Shown one piece after another: positions 36,391 to 45,655 of a DNA stretch of 64,000 nt. The translations under genes and the position numbers were made by a program. The notes beneath the pieces were generated by a model. It saw only the letters and a list, made by a program, of their open reading frames with translations, had not been told where the DNA came from and did not search any database. The DNA lies in the IMG/VR virus record IMGVR_UViG_3300033420_000004, positions 13,910 to 77,909 of that record. One strand, 5' to 3'. This stretch comes from a virus (lineage: Duplodnaviria; Caudoviricetes). Each line of letters opens with the position of its first letter. The first letter of the stretch is position 1.

Positions 36391-36876
36391 ATGGCAAAAC
36401 AAGATCGACCCTCTCAACAGGCAGAGCCTATACCAGAACACTTTTGTAACCAAGAAAGACGTTTAACAGAAATGGAAAGCACTATCACCGAATTGTACCA
36501 CATTATTACAGGTAATGGTACTCCAGAAAAAGGTATGACAAGTCAAATAGCAGTTATAAAATCAGAGCAAGTTCATACCAACACCACTTTGGCGAGAATA
36601 GAACAAACACTGAAATCACAGGATGAAAAGTATGCTAAGGCAGTGAGAGTAGCATACGTGGCGAAGAATGACTTAGATATACATAAAGCAGAAAGCTCGG
36701 GAAAGGATCAGGGGAAAACCTCTACCACTTCCCACTTCACTCAAAATTGGCAACTGACCGTTGTAACCCTAGCACTGGTCACCACTATAATACTGGGAAT
36801 CCTAAATCTTAGGAAAGGAACGGAAACTCAGAAAGGAGTAACTGCAAACGGTGTTAAACTAGAAGTTACCAAATGA
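36391..36876 (+). CDS. coiled-coil protein with a C-terminal transmembrane helix
   Basis: Heptad-rich middle and hydrophobic WQLTVVTLALVTTIILGILNL. Confidence 0.6.
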   Translation: MAKQDRPSQQAEPIPEHFCNQERRLTEMESTITELYHIITGNGTPEKGMTSQIAVIKSEQVHTNTTLARIEQTLKSQDEKYAKAVRVAYVAKNDLDIHKAESSGKDQGKTSTTSHFTQNWQLTVVTLALVTTIILGILNLRKGTETQKGVTANGVKLEVTK

Positions 36877-37835
36877 TTACCGTATACACAGATAAACAAG
36901 TTGCTCATTATGACCCTACTCATACAACGGCACTACGCAATGCGTTTGCTAAAAATATGAATAGGAAGTTTAATGAACTTATATTGACGGTAAAAAAAGC
37001 AATAATTGTGCAAGATTGTTTCGGCTTAGAAAAGCTGAACTTGGTTGCAAATAAAATGACACCTCCATCCTGGCAAAAGTTTTCATACCTCAGCAATGCA
37101 AAAAAAGTAGAGGAATTTATGAAATGGCTCCAGGAACAAGTTAATAAAGGCATTCTTGACGTTAGGGTAATGGAACAAGTTGGGGACGCTATTGACAGTA
37201 ATTGGATGAATTTATACTTGTTTGATTCTTATAAAAGAGGTGTTATACGTGCTAGATATGAGATGCGGAAAGCCGGATACGATGTACCCACGATAGAAGA
37301 GTCTGGCGGTGTGGGTTCAATAATGACGTTACCTTTTCATGTGGATCGCATAGGACTCATATACACCAGGGCTTACAATGAATTAAAAGGTGTCACAGAT
37401 GCCATGAGTCAACAAATAAGTCGTATATTAGCCCAAGGAATTGCAGATGGTGACGGTGCACTACTTTTATCTAGAAAAATTACAGCAACTATTAACGGCA
37501 TGAATGCAGCTAATTTGGGAATTACTGATTCTTTAGGACGTTATATACCTGCGCAAAGGCGTGCCGAAATGATCGCAAGGACAGAACTTATTCGCGCACA
37601 TCACCAGGCAACAATACAGGAGTACCGCTCTTGGGAGCTTGAGGGCGTTAGGGTTCAGGGGGAATGGCGTACCGCAGGTGATGATAGAGTTTGTGAAAAA
37701 TGTGCATCTTTAGAAGGAAAAATATTTACTTTGAAAGAAATAGAAAATATGATACCTTTACATCCGCAGTGCAGGTGTATTGCGTTACCGTATGCAAAGG
37801 AAATTGTTGAATTTATGAAAAACAACCCGGTATGA
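36873..37835 (+). CDS. minor head morphogenesis protein (Mu gpF / SPP1 gp7-like)
   Basis: RRAEMIARTELIRAH, WRTAGDDRVCEKC and PLHPQCRC. Confidence 0.9.
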   Translation: MITVYTDKQVAHYDPTHTTALRNAFAKNMNRKFNELILTVKKAIIVQDCFGLEKLNLVANKMTPPSWQKFSYLSNAKKVEEFMKWLQEQVNKGILDVRVMEQVGDAIDSNWMNLYLFDSYKRGVIRARYEMRKAGYDVPTIEESGGVGSIMTLPFHVDRIGLIYTRAYNELKGVTDAMSQQISRILAQGIADGDGALLLSRKITATINGMNAANLGITDSLGRYIPAQRRAEMIARTELIRAHHQATIQEYRSWELEGVRVQGEWRTAGDDRVCEKCASLEGKIFTLKEIENMIPLHPQCRCIALPYAKEIVEFMKNNPV

Positions 37836-39295
37836 CAAGGACTAAAAAACCAAACGGCACATTGTTACTTTTTAGCGTCGAAACTGAAGAGGCATACACC
37901 GTTACCGAGCAACTGCATCAGGGCAGAAAACATTTAGTAATTCCAGTGACTATGATGGTAGAGGGAGTTCACAGCGGTTCCATGGGACCCATTCTCCATA
38001 CCATTTCTCAATTAGGAAAATTCCCAGGGTCTTGGGACGGAATTCCCGTCATTATAGACCATCCAAAAAAAGACGGAAATTATGTTTCCGCAAATTCTCC
38101 AGACATTGTTGATAGTGAGGTAATTGGCAGAGTGTACAACACTTATGTTGACGATAAAAAATTGCGTGGGGAAGTTTGGGTGGATGAAGAAAAATTGCGC
38201 CAAGTATCATCTTCTGTACTTGCAGAGATTAAGGCTGGAAACATGATGGAAGTCAGTGTTGGTGTGTTCACCGATGATGATCCAACTCCAGGAGTTTGGA
38301 ACGGAGAAGCCTACGATAGTATAGCAATAAATCACAGACCCGACCACCTAGCACTCCTTCCTGGAGGCACTGGTGCATGTTCCACAAAAGATGGCTGTGG
38401 TCTTCGTGCAAATAAAAAAGGAGGAATCATGAAAAAAGAAGATGTTTTTGACGTTTTAAAATCAATCGCTGTTTCTGGATTTGGTCTCAATGGAGCCAGT
38501 CTTCCGGAAGACACTGAGGATGATGCCGAAGAGCAGGGATTGTATAAAATATTGGAGGCCGTGCGTACAAAACTGAATTCAATGGATTCAAATGACAGCT
38601 ACCACACTATTGAAGAGGTGTACGCTGATTCTTTGGTTTATTGTGTTTATTTTCGCATAGGTGATTCTAAAATGTATAAGCAGGGGTACAAACTTGACAA
38701 CAGCGGGGGCGTTGAAATGGTTGGTGATCCTGTGGAGGTTCGCAAAAAGGTTGAGTACGTCAATGCGAATCAGAAAATGGAACGTACTCGCATTATTAAT
38801 AACAATTCTAAAAAGGAGGACACAAAGATGTCAGTAGCTACAGGATGCGCCAAGTGCGTTGAAAAAGTGAACGCTCTTATCGCCAACACGGAACTAGGTT
38901 TCGTGGAAACAGATAGAGCGTGGCTCGATACTCTTTCAGAATCTGCTCTCGATAAAGTTGCCCCGAAGGTGATTGTAAACGAGAAGATTGTTGAAAAGAC
39001 GATCGAAGTGAATACCCTTTCCGATGAAGACAAATCTATTCTTGCCTATGGTAAGAAACAGATGAAAGAACGGAAAGAAAAAATGATCGAAACCATCAAA
39101 GCCAATACCGCTGAAGGTACTTGGACTGATGACTCTCTCGCTGCAATGAATGAAGATACTTTGGAAAGAGTATTCAATTCGGTAAAAAAAGAAGAAGTTG
39201 TAAACTTCTCGTTGAATAGTAATACTAATCTCAACGCCAATAAAGGCAAAGGTATACAGCCTATGCTCCACGGTATTGTAGAGGACGTTAAATAA
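37832..39295 (+). CDS. DUF2213-type prohead protease / scaffold fusion
   Basis: WDGIPVIIDHP, EVSVG and NHRPDHLALLP...GAC in the N-terminal domain; charged helical C-terminus; position before the decoration and capsid genes. Confidence 0.8.
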   Translation: MTRTKKPNGTLLLFSVETEEAYTVTEQLHQGRKHLVIPVTMMVEGVHSGSMGPILHTISQLGKFPGSWDGIPVIIDHPKKDGNYVSANSPDIVDSEVIGRVYNTYVDDKKLRGEVWVDEEKLRQVSSSVLAEIKAGNMMEVSVGVFTDDDPTPGVWNGEAYDSIAINHRPDHLALLPGGTGACSTKDGCGLRANKKGGIMKKEDVFDVLKSIAVSGFGLNGASLPEDTEDDAEEQGLYKILEAVRTKLNSMDSNDSYHTIEEVYADSLVYCVYFRIGDSKMYKQGYKLDNSGGVEMVGDPVEVRKKVEYVNANQKMERTRIINNNSKKEDTKMSVATGCAKCVEKVNALIANTELGFVETDRAWLDTLSESALDKVAPKVIVNEKIVEKTIEVNTLSDEDKSILAYGKKQMKERKEKMIETIKANTAEGTWTDDSLAAMNEDTLERVFNSVKKEEVVNFSLNSNTNLNANKGKGIQPMLHGIVEDVK

Positions 39296-39310
39296 TAGGA
39301 GGAAAAAGAA

Positions 39311-39775
39311 ATGCCTACAGTATTTAAAACAATAAAGATAAAAAGGTATTCCAACGTGGTGAATGAATATCCAGCAAGTGCTGCTATTATTCCCGGTGCG
39401 TTGGTTGAGCTTATTTCTACTGGAAAGGTGAGAAATCACGCAACTTCTGGTGGTTATGTTGCTCCGATGATTGCTCTCGAAGATGAACTTCAGGGCAGAG
39501 GTATTAATGACAACTACGCTGCTGATGAGCCTGTACAGGTATGGTCAGCCAACCATGGCGATGAAGCTTATTTGCTTCTCAGAGACGAAGAAACCATCGT
39601 GATCGGTGATCTTCTTCAGTCAGACGGACTTGGAAAAGTAATGAAAAGAACTTCCACCAACACAGTTGTTGGTATTGCTCTCGAAGCAAAGGACTTATCA
39701 ACTTTCCCTGAAGGTTCTGAGTCAAGTGCGCGTGGAGCCTATTACAATCCTCGTATTAGAGTATCAATCCAATAA
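39311..39775 (+). CDS. head decoration (cement) protein
   Basis: 154 aa between scaffold and MCP; PGALVEL, IALEDELQGRGIND.Y and VGIALEA patterns. Confidence 0.7.
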   Translation: MPTVFKTIKIKRYSNVVNEYPASAAIIPGALVELISTGKVRNHATSGGYVAPMIALEDELQGRGINDNYAADEPVQVWSANHGDEAYLLLRDEETIVIGDLLQSDGLGKVMKRTSTNTVVGIALEAKDLSTFPEGSESSARGAYYNPRIRVSIQ

Positions 39776-39793
39776 AATAGGAGGAAAAATAAT

Positions 39794-40885
39794 ATGGAAA
39801 CACAAGTCGATTTGATGGCGAACGGACAGGCACAAGGTGCCGTGGCCAATAAAGTTGTTAATGGTGGATTAAACATCAATAACATGAAACCGTTCATCGG
39901 TGAAGACGGACAAGCGTATATCAACGTGTTTAACGGGGGAGACCCTAAGAAACCCGAAAATTACGGTACCCGTTTGGTGAATAATGCTACTCTCCGCAGG
40001 GATGAGTGGAAATCTTTGGATGATGCCGTTTTGGGAGTATCTCGTTACCGTTTAGGCGGTGTGCAGGATTTGATTGATAACGGTCTGACCTACAACCTCG
40101 GAAACGCTTTCGGAACAACTGTTCTCGAATGGCATGACGTAAGTGATTCTCAGGAAGCTGTTATGACTATGGATGGTATCACCCGCGGCGGTGGAGATCG
40201 TCCTTCTTTCAAACATAACTACCTGCCGATCCCTATTATCCATGTGGATTATGAGATCAACGCTAGGGTTCTTGCTACTTCCCGCAACATGGGTAATCCT
40301 TTGGATACCACTGCAGCAGAATCAGCAGCAAGAAGAGTAGTTGAGAAACTGGAAAACATGCTTTTTACCAATACTACTTACAGTTATGGTCAAAAAGACG
40401 AAAGAAACAGAAACTCAATCTACAGTTATGTGAACTTTCCTGATCGTATTCCTTATGCTCTTCCACTTTCATGGAGCAATGCAGGTAAGACTGGTTCTCA
40501 GATTCTTACTGATGTATTGGCTATGAAACAGAAAAGTATTGACAACCTGCATTATGGTCCTTGGAATTTATACATCCCAACTGCTTATGAAGTTGTGTTG
40601 GACAAAGACTATGATTCAGTCACACCCGGAACTACCATCCGTGAGAGAATTCTGAAAATTGCTGGAATAAAGAGCATTAAAGTTATTGATACTTTACCTG
40701 CCGACAATTCAGTATTGGTTCAGATGACTCCTGACGTTGTGCGTTTGGTTCGCGGTACTGGAATACAGAACATTCAGTGGGGAGAAGAAGGAAACATGGT
40801 TACTAAGTACAAAGTAATGACCATTCAGGTTCCTCAGATTCGCTCGGATGCTAATGGAAAATCTGGTGTTGTGCACATGGCATAA
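39794..40885 (+). CDS. major capsid protein (HK97 fold, encapsulin/linocin-like)
   Basis: 363 aa, strong RBS; LRRDEWKSLDDAV, PIPIIHVDYEINAR, AARRVVEKLE, GPWNLY and PQIRSD. Confidence 0.88.
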   Translation: METQVDLMANGQAQGAVANKVVNGGLNINNMKPFIGEDGQAYINVFNGGDPKKPENYGTRLVNNATLRRDEWKSLDDAVLGVSRYRLGGVQDLIDNGLTYNLGNAFGTTVLEWHDVSDSQEAVMTMDGITRGGGDRPSFKHNYLPIPIIHVDYEINARVLATSRNMGNPLDTTAAESAARRVVEKLENMLFTNTTYSYGQKDERNRNSIYSYVNFPDRIPYALPLSWSNAGKTGSQILTDVLAMKQKSIDNLHYGPWNLYIPTAYEVVLDKDYDSVTPGTTIRERILKIAGIKSIKVIDTLPADNSVLVQMTPDVVRLVRGTGIQNIQWGEEGNMVTKYKVMTIQVPQIRSDANGKSGVVHMA

Positions 40886-40892
40886 TAAATTT

Positions 40893-40909
40893 TTGACTAA
40901 TCAAGTCAA
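40893..40909 (+). promoter_or_regulatory. hairpin with AATCA loop after the MCP gene
   Basis: TTGACT-AATCA-AGTCAA; same loop as 51141-51166; TACATTTG box at 40919-40926 just downstream. Confidence 0.45.
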
Positions 40910-40959
40910 TAATTTTTGTACATTTGAATTCATAATATTTACTTTTAAACTTAAACAAA

Positions 40960-41322
40960 GTGGAAAGAACAGCAGCAGACGGAACATTCCGTTGGAAAAA
41001 AGTAGGCGGTGGTGATTTCAGAATTGGTCACCGTATCATCAAAGAGGGTGAAATATTTACCGCAACGCAAGCCGAAATTCCTATGGCCTTTAGGGATATC
41101 ATTATTGCCCTAGACACACTGCCAGTTGAAGCGGCGGTTGCTCCAGTGGCACCTGCAAAAGTAGTTCCTGTGACATACTCATTGGAAGCAACCGATGCTC
41201 CAGAGGATGCCAAAAATAAAGAAACAAAATATTTCAACGTGGTTAATGGTGCCGGGAAGGTAATCAATGAAAAACCACTCACTGAAACCAAAGCAAAACA
41301 ACTTATTAAAGACCTTGAGTAA
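40960..41322 (+). CDS. small head-associated hypothetical protein
   Basis: GTG start, 120 aa, two small domains joined by a Pro/Ala/Val linker; stop overlaps the first glycan gene. Confidence 0.7.
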   Translation: MERTAADGTFRWKKVGGGDFRIGHRIIKEGEIFTATQAEIPMAFRDIIIALDTLPVEAAVAPVAPAKVVPVTYSLEATDAPEDAKNKETKYFNVVNGAGKVINEKPLTETKAKQLIKDLE

Positions 41323-42029
41323 TGAGTTGGTCCGTTCCTTTAATGTGGGAGGGAGGAGACGTTTGGATTATAGGTGGCGGTCCCAGTGTTTCTACACAAT
41401 TTAAAATCCCTGCAAATTTAGTAGGCCGTGTTAGAAATGGAGAATCTCCAATGAATGCACTCTCGCCCTACATGAAAGGAATTCATAATAAACATGTTAT
41501 TGGTATAAATGCCGCTTATCGACTTGGAGATTGGATAGACATAATCTTCTTTGGTGATAACGGCTTTTTTCTTTCAAATTATAACGAGTTGGCGGTACAT
41601 CCAGCCATGAAAGTGACTTGTTGGCCAAACTTAAGCGGTCTGTATCCATGGGTGCACTGTGTTGCTCGTGACCCGGAAAAAACAAAGGGGATTACCAAAG
41701 CTGTAGGAAAATTGAGTTGGAACGGTAACTCAGGCGGTGCTGCTATTAGTGTGGCGGCTCATGCAGGGGCTAAACGAATTTTTCTACTTGGGTTCGATAT
41801 GACTTTGGACCCGAATACCAGCCACATGCATTTCCATGATGCATACAAGAGAGGTTCAATTGTGGAGCCTGAAAGGCTCATGAAACTACCTTTCGACAGA
41901 CATTCCATAGGATTCCAAGACATTGCTGTAGATGCCAAAGAAATGGGCATTGAAATATATAACGTCAACCCGGCTAGCGGGATTGAATCTTTCCCTAAAA
42001 TTTCCTTATCTGAAGCCCTGAACCTATGA
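41322..42029 (+). CDS. Maf/MptE-like (GT29/GT42-related fold) putative glycosyltransferase
   Basis: VWIIGGGPS, VIGINAAY and NSGGAAISVAAHAGAKRIFLLGFDM. Confidence 0.6.
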   Translation: MSWSVPLMWEGGDVWIIGGGPSVSTQFKIPANLVGRVRNGESPMNALSPYMKGIHNKHVIGINAAYRLGDWIDIIFFGDNGFFLSNYNELAVHPAMKVTCWPNLSGLYPWVHCVARDPEKTKGITKAVGKLSWNGNSGGAAISVAAHAGAKRIFLLGFDMTLDPNTSHMHFHDAYKRGSIVEPERLMKLPFDRHSIGFQDIAVDAKEMGIEIYNVNPASGIESFPKISLSEALNL

Positions 42030-42832
42030 ACATAGTTAAGATATATGGAGGTCTTGGTAATCAGATGTTTCAATACGCCTTTGGAAAAGCTTTAGAATTC
42101 AAGGGTGCCGAGGTGATGTATGATTTGGAATGGTACACAGGTCCAAAGAAGCAGATACAAAGACCTTTAACGCTTGACAAATTCAAAACAACGCTTAAAG
42201 ACGTTAACATACCATCAGTAATAACCAAACATAAAGAAATACGCCATAGTTACCATACTGTCAGGGGCCGTGGATATGATCCAAACCACTTATTGATGGA
42301 TGGGATTTTTTTTATTGGTTATTGGCAGTATTTGATGTATTACAACTCAGTAATGTCTAATGTTTGCAAAGAATTCGTTCTTAAAGAAGATTTCTACACT
42401 GATTATTATTTGAAGTTAAAAAAGCAGATTTCCGAAAAAGAGTCTGTTTCCTTGCATGTAAGGCGCGGTGATTATGTGAAACTAGGATTTCCCATGCCAC
42501 CATTAAAATATTATTTTGAGGCACTGGAAGCAACTCCAGGTGATATCTACATTTTCAGTGACGATATTCGTTGGTGTGGGGAAAAATTCAAACCCGATTA
42601 CTTTGACAGGAAAATAACATTTGTCAGTTCTGAGAGTTATGTTGATTTTGAGCTCATGCGCATGTGCAGCCACAATATTATCGCTGTAAGTACTTTCAGT
42701 TGGTGGGCGGCAATGGTTAATACCAACCAGAATAAAATTGTGGTGGCTCCTAAAAAATGGTTAGTCACTGAAGACGACCTGCACAAATACAATAACGAAA
42801 TTCACTACCCAACAACCTGGCTAAAAATATGA
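42026..42832 (+). CDS. alpha-1,2-fucosyltransferase (GT11)
   Basis: GGLGNQMFQYA, GYWQ, SLHVRRGDY, IFSDD and STFSWWAA. Confidence 0.92.
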   Translation: MNIVKIYGGLGNQMFQYAFGKALEFKGAEVMYDLEWYTGPKKQIQRPLTLDKFKTTLKDVNIPSVITKHKEIRHSYHTVRGRGYDPNHLLMDGIFFIGYWQYLMYYNSVMSNVCKEFVLKEDFYTDYYLKLKKQISEKESVSLHVRRGDYVKLGFPMPPLKYYFEALEATPGDIYIFSDDIRWCGEKFKPDYFDRKITFVSSESYVDFELMRMCSHNIIAVSTFSWWAAMVNTNQNKIVVAPKKWLVTEDDLHKYNNEIHYPTTWLKI

Positions 42833-43596
42833 AACATACAAAAGAATCATACACCGATTTAATGAAATTGGGTTACGGTTATCGTGAGAGTGTACAAACA
42901 CTCACCAAGGACTGGGTGCTGCTAACGTCCCTGTATGAAAATAATTACATACAGTCCAAGAAAAAAACAACATCCATACCAAAGAAAATACATCAAATAT
43001 GGTTGGGTGGAAATCTTCCAGATAAATACAAAAAATTTGCTGAGTCATGGGCTAAAATGAATCCCGACTGGGAGTATAAACTTTGGCTTGATGCTGATGC
43101 CTTCGACCTGAAAATGGTTAACAGGAGTGTTTTTGATGCTACAACAAACCTCGGCATGAAGTCAGACATAATGCGCTATGAAATTTTGAATCAATTTGGT
43201 GGTCTTTATGTCGATACTGATTTCGAATGCATCAAACCATTTGACGATTTGATGTACTTAGACTTTTTTACGGGAATTTCGTATGACATAAAAGCCGAGC
43301 TGTATATTGGTATTTTGGCAAGTACGCCAGGGCATCCGATCATGCAGGAATGCGTGAAAGGAATAAAGACTCCGTACAATGGGAATAAGCCTTTCACGAT
43401 ATTTGAGTTGACAGGACCTTACTACTTTACCCGCAATTTCTTTAAGGTAGCGGAGCAAAATCCTGATGGAATTGTAGCATTTCCCATGGCGTACTTCTAT
43501 CCGTTTCCGAATAACAAAAGAAATGAGACAAACCCGTACCAATATGTTCGGGAATGTTCATACGCAATACACCATTGGGGTGTTTCATGGTTTTAA
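42829..43596 (+). CDS. GT32 (OCH1-like, DXD) glycosyltransferase
   Basis: IPKKIHQIWLGG, SDIMRYEILNQFGGLYVDTDFEC, TGP and YAIHHW. Confidence 0.9.
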   Translation: MKHTKESYTDLMKLGYGYRESVQTLTKDWVLLTSLYENNYIQSKKKTTSIPKKIHQIWLGGNLPDKYKKFAESWAKMNPDWEYKLWLDADAFDLKMVNRSVFDATTNLGMKSDIMRYEILNQFGGLYVDTDFECIKPFDDLMYLDFFTGISYDIKAELYIGILASTPGHPIMQECVKGIKTPYNGNKPFTIFELTGPYYFTRNFFKVAEQNPDGIVAFPMAYFYPFPNNKRNETNPYQYVRECSYAIHHWGVSWF

Positions 43597-43607
43597 TACG
43601 CTAGATT

Positions 43608-44450
43608 ATGGATTGGATTCAGGGAGACAAGTTTATTGAGTTAGCAGATTTCGTGTACGCTCCTGCAGAACGTCACCCTGACGACTATGGTAAGTTAGTC
43701 AATACCCTTGATATAAAAGCCGGAATATGGTTGAATGATCACCTGAAAGTAAAACCGCCAATTGTTTACACCCACACGTTCTACACCCGCCAACTGTTTG
43801 ATGTTTTAAAACACACTCATAGGAACATAATATTGATAACGCATAATTCAGACCTACATGCTACCTGGTCAGAAACTTGGCCGAATAGAATTATCAAATG
43901 GTATTCCACCAACGTAAATTATGAACGAGATTTTATAGAGTCCATCCCCATTGGCATTGAGAACGATCGTTGGTGTGCAAAGTCCCTCAAAAAGGAGAAA
44001 ATGCAAAACATGCTATGCACAAGTAAAACTACTGATGGTTGGTTGTATTTGAATCATAACGTCAAAACAAATCCCGCTGCCCGAGAGGGTATTTATGAAC
44101 TGTTTGAGGGGAAAAAATGGGCAACTATTGAGCGTGGGTTGAACGGCAGCGGTTTTGATTCCTACATAGATAATATTTACCATCACATATACACGGCATG
44201 TCCCGAAGGTAATGGGATTGACACACACAGAATTTGGGAATGTTTGTACATGGGTTCTTTTCCTGTGGTGAAAAGAAATATTAATAATTCTTTTTATGAA
44301 GGAATTTTGCCTATTTTATTTGTAAATGACTGGAAAGATATTACCTTGGAACTTCTTGTTAACAACTATACTAGGTTATCAGTAATGGATACTGAAGCCC
44401 TTTCTTTCGAATATTGGAAAACAAAAATACAATCTTATGGCAATAAATGA
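43608..44450 (+). CDS. exostosin/GT47-like glycosyltransferase
   Basis: IESIPIG, LYLNHN, ACPEGNGIDTHRIWECLYMGSFPVV and PILFVNDW. Confidence 0.7.
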   Translation: MDWIQGDKFIELADFVYAPAERHPDDYGKLVNTLDIKAGIWLNDHLKVKPPIVYTHTFYTRQLFDVLKHTHRNIILITHNSDLHATWSETWPNRIIKWYSTNVNYERDFIESIPIGIENDRWCAKSLKKEKMQNMLCTSKTTDGWLYLNHNVKTNPAAREGIYELFEGKKWATIERGLNGSGFDSYIDNIYHHIYTACPEGNGIDTHRIWECLYMGSFPVVKRNINNSFYEGILPILFVNDWKDITLELLVNNYTRLSVMDTEALSFEYWKTKIQSYGNK

Positions 44451-45084
44451 CAAGTACATGGAGTTGGTCCAGGACCAACACAAGATTTCCTACGATTACT
44501 ACAAAAAGAACGGGTTTACCACGTACAAAGAATCTCACGACATGTACCTGCGGGGAGAAGCAAACCACATAATTTTTGGGACACACCAGCCCGTGCTGAT
44601 TCACATGTTAAACACAGTGTCCGAGGGCAGTGTTTTGGAATTTGGAATGGGTCCAAGCAGTACTCCAATAATATCCATTATCTGCGGGGAACAAAATCGA
44701 TATGTTGTGAGCGTGGACAATAACCCAAAGTGGTTGGAACCTTTGATGTTTTACCAGGATGAAATGCATGACATCAGATTATTTGAGGACGAGAAAATTC
44801 GAAACAGGGAATACACGTTTCTCAATGAAAAATTTACGATAACTCTGATTGATGCACATCCCGCGGAGCTACGCCAGGTAGTGATTGATTTTATGCGGGA
44901 CCTTTCTGACTACATAATAGTTCATGATACCGAAGGCGTCGTTAATAATATTGAATACGGATATCACTACGATTTTTCGAAATTCAAGCATGTGCTGCAT
45001 TTCACACACACACACCCAATGACAACCGTCCTATCCAATTTGGATGAGATTAACCCTGAAATACTGAAACTATGGCAAGTCTAG
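44437..45084 (+). CDS. class I SAM-dependent methyltransferase-like protein
   Basis: VLEFGMGPSST, VVSVDNN.KW, LIDAHP..R and IIVHDT. Confidence 0.65.
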   Translation: MAINDKYMELVQDQHKISYDYYKKNGFTTYKESHDMYLRGEANHIIFGTHQPVLIHMLNTVSEGSVLEFGMGPSSTPIISIICGEQNRYVVSVDNNPKWLEPLMFYQDEMHDIRLFEDEKIRNREYTFLNEKFTITLIDAHPAELRQVVIDFMRDLSDYIIVHDTEGVVNNIEYGYHYDFSKFKHVLHFTHTHPMTTVLSNLDEINPEILKLWQV

Positions 45085-45653
45085 ATATTCTTTACAGAAC
45101 CAACAAACACACCACCGATAAAGGTGGACCAAAGCACGACAACCATTCTTATTTTGAGCTGTACGATAAATTGTTCACAAGGCTCCAGCACCGCTATGGA
45201 AGAGTTTTGGAGATCGGTGTCGAGCGTGGAGATTCATTGAATCTGTGGTCGGAATACTTTATCAATTCAAAAATTTATGGCATTGAGCACAACCTTCGCA
45301 CAATCGATGTAGAATTTCTACCAGGAGTAACTGTGATCGGTGCAGACGCCTATTGTGAAAATACACTCCAATTACTAAGGGGGATAGGCAAATTTGATGT
45401 TATTATCGATGATGGTGCACACATGCCCCACCAACAAGAATACTTCATGAAACACTATCCAGAGTTACTCGCTGCAGATGGTATTCTGATTGTTGAGGAG
45501 GCTGCCGAGGAAATTAGGCATGATAAAGCGGCAGAAGCTGCTAGGTTGATAGAGTTTCTCCCGCCAAAAATGAGAGAAGTTGCTTATTTTGATGACAGGA
45601 GAACTATTCGAAATCATCCCGGCGATTGTTTAATTGTTTGTAATATGAAATAG
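45072..45653 (+). CDS. class I SAM-dependent (sugar O-)methyltransferase
   Basis: TDKGG, VLEIGVERGDSL, IYGIE, FDVIIDDGAH and GILIVEE. Confidence 0.85.
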   Translation: MASLDILYRTNKHTTDKGGPKHDNHSYFELYDKLFTRLQHRYGRVLEIGVERGDSLNLWSEYFINSKIYGIEHNLRTIDVEFLPGVTVIGADAYCENTLQLLRGIGKFDVIIDDGAHMPHQQEYFMKHYPELLAADGILIVEEAAEEIRHDKAAEAARLIEFLPPKMREVAYFDDRRTIRNHPGDCLIVCNMK

Positions 45654-45655
45654 TT

